A stretch of 64,000 nt of DNA, taken from assembly GCA_964188305.1 (NCBI GenBank), contig OZ076885.1. One strand, written 5' to 3'. The notes beneath the pieces are model-generated. The model was not told where the DNA came from. It ran no database searches and was given only the letters and a program-made list of their open reading frames with translations. The translations under genes were made by a program, and so were the position numbers. Numbering within the stretch: the stretch's first letter is position 1; every line of letters starts with the position of its first letter. This stretch comes from Podarcis bocagei (taxonomy: Eukaryota). Shown in pieces: positions 61,661 to 64,000 of this stretch.

Positions 61661-64000
61661 TCACTGCCTTGCTGTGGTGAAGGGGCATGAATAACTCAGA
61701 GAAGCTATGCACTATGCCGAGCAGGGCACCCAAGATGAACAGGTCATAGTGGAGAGTTTTGACCAAACGCAGGAACCGGCAAGCCACTCCAGTATCCCTG
61801 CCAAGAAAACTCCATGGACAAAGACAACAGGCATATAAAAGTTATGACGCTGGAAGATGAGCCCCTCAGGTCGGAAGGTGTCCAACATGCTACTGGGGAA
61901 GAGTGGAGGACAAGTACAAGTAGATCCAGAGCTGATGAAGTGGCTGGGCCAAAGCCGAAAGGACACTCAGTTGCGGATATGCATGGAAGCGAAAGGAAAG
62001 TCCAATGCTGTAAAGAAAAAATATTGCATAGGAACCTGGAACATAAGAACCATGAACCTGGGTAAGTTGGATGTGGTCAAAAATGAGATGGCAAGAATAA
62101 ATATTGACATCCTGGGCATCAGTGAACTAAAATGGACGGGAATAGGCGAATTCAGTTCGGATGACTATCATATCTACTACTGTGGCAAGAAACCCGTAAA
62201 AGAAATGGAGTGGCCCTCATAGTCAACAAAAGAGTGGCGAAAGCTGTACTGGGATACAATCTCAAAAATGATAGAATAATCTCGATACGAATCCAAGGCA
62301 GACCTTTTAACATCACAGTAATCCAAGTTTATGCACCAACTACTGGTGCTGAAGAAACAGAAATTGACCAATTCTATGAAGACTTACAAGACCTTATATA
62401 AGTGACACCAAAGAAGGATGTTCTTCTCATTATAGGGGATTGGAATGCTAAAGTAGGGAATCAAGAGATAAAAGGAACAACTGCAAGTTTGGCCTTGGAG
62501 ATCAAAACGAAGCAGGGCAAAGGCTAATAGAGTTCTGTCAAGAGAACAAGCTGGTCATCACAAACACGCTTTCCCAACAACACAAGAGACGACTCTACAC
62601 ATGGACATCACCAGATGGGCAACATCGAAATCAGATTGATTATATTCTCTGCAGCCAAAGATGGAGAAGCTCTATACAGTCAGCAAAAACAAGACCTGGA
62701 GCTGACTGTGGCTCAGATCATCAGCTTCTTATAGCAAAATTCAAGCTTAAACTGAAGAAAGTAGGAGAAACCACTGGGCCGGTAAGATACAATCTAAACC
62801 AAATCCCTTATGAATACACAGTGGAAGTGAGGAACAGGTTTAAGGATTTAGATTTGCTGGACAGAGTGCCTGAAGAACTATGGGTGGAGGCTCGCAACAT
62901 TATACAGGAGGCAGCAACTAAAACCATCCCAATGAAAAAGAAATGCAAGAAAGCAAAGTGGCTGTCCAATGAGGCCTTACAAATAGCGGGGGAGAGAAGG
63001 CAAGCAAAATGTGAGGGAGATAGTGAAAGATACAGGAAATTGAATGCAGACTTCCAAAGAATAGCAAGGAGAGACAAGAAGGCCTTCTTAAACGAGCAAT
63101 GCAAAGAAATAGAGGAAAACAACAGAATGGGAAGAACCAGAGATCTGTTTAAGAAAATCGGAAATATGAAAGGAACATTTCGTACAAAGATTACCATAAT
63201 AAAGGACAAAAGTGGTAAGGACCTAACAGAAGCAGAAGACATCAAGAAGAGGTGGCAAGAATACACAGAGGAATTATACCAGAAAAATATGGATGTCTCG
63301 TACACCCCAGGTTGCTGACCTCGAGCCAGACATCCTGGAGAGTGAAGTCAAATGGGCCTTAGAAAGCACTGCAAATAACAAGGCTAGTGGAAGTGATGGT
63401 ATTCCAGCTGAACTATTTAAAATTTTAAAAGATGATGCTGTTAAGGTGCTACACTCAATATGCCAGCAAGTTTGGAAAACTCAGCAGTGGCCAGAGGATT
63501 GGAGAAGATCAGTCTACATCCCAATCCCAAAGAAGGGCAGTGCCAAAGAATGCTCCAACTACCACACAATTGCACTCATTTCACATGCTAGCAAGGTTAT
63601 GCTTAAAATTCTACAAGGAAGGCTCAAGCAGTATGTGGACTGAGAACTCCCAGAAGTGCAAGTTGGATTTAGAAGAGGCAGAGGAACCAGAGACCAAATT
63701 GCAAACATGCGCTGGATTATGGAGAAAGCTAGAGAGTTCCAGAAAGACATCTACTTCTGCTTCATTGACTATGCAAAAGCCTTTGACTGTGTCGACCACA
63801 GCAAACTATGGCAAGTTCTTAAAGAAATGGGAGTGCCTGATCACCTCATCTGTCTCCTCATCTGTGGGACAAGAAGCTACAGTTAGAACTGAATATGGAA
63901 CAACTGATTGGTTCGAAATTGGGAAAGGAGTACGACAAGGCTGTATATTGTCTCCCTTCTTATTTAACTTATATGCAGAATTCATCATGTGAAAGTCTGG
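61661..64000 (+). mobile_element. BovB (RTE) LINE with 5' end, disabled ORF, continues past the window
   Basis: BovB-type 5' UTR; endonuclease GTWNIRTMNLGKLDVVKNEMARINIDILGISELKW, IQVYAPT, GDWNAKVG, DCGSDH; RT IPKKGSAKECSNY, FIDYAKAFDCVDH, GVRQGCILSP; several frameshifts and stops (e.g. 62399, 63641). Confidence 0.96.

Overview
Vertebrate non-coding genomic DNA from a squamate reptile, most likely a lacertid lizard. The taxon is inferred from its repeats: Sauria SINEs, a CTT-tailed Squam3-type SINE, Squam2 SINEs, BovB/RTE, CR1, L2 and many short DNA-transposon MITEs. No host protein-coding gene, rRNA, tRNA or CRISPR array can be supported. The only convincing coding sequence is retrotransposon-derived: an intact 5'-truncated CR1 ORF2 at 34942-36243, a decayed BovB running off the right edge, and RTE and L2 remnants. 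The first ~10.6 kb is almost transposon-free and rich in POU/homeodomain motifs, as expected for a constrained regulatory block in an intron or gene desert; the rest is a layered transposon landscape. Five short N-runs lie in unique sequence and may hide conserved elements or exons. The most notable observations are a head-to-head Tigger-like MITE foldback, TA-CCGG-TA transposon excision footprints, a triplicated target site at a Sauria SINE, two near-identical young CR1 copies in inverted orientation, and a strong CTCF motif. I found no evidence for a wholly new biological system. Family names come from recognition of motifs, not a database search.
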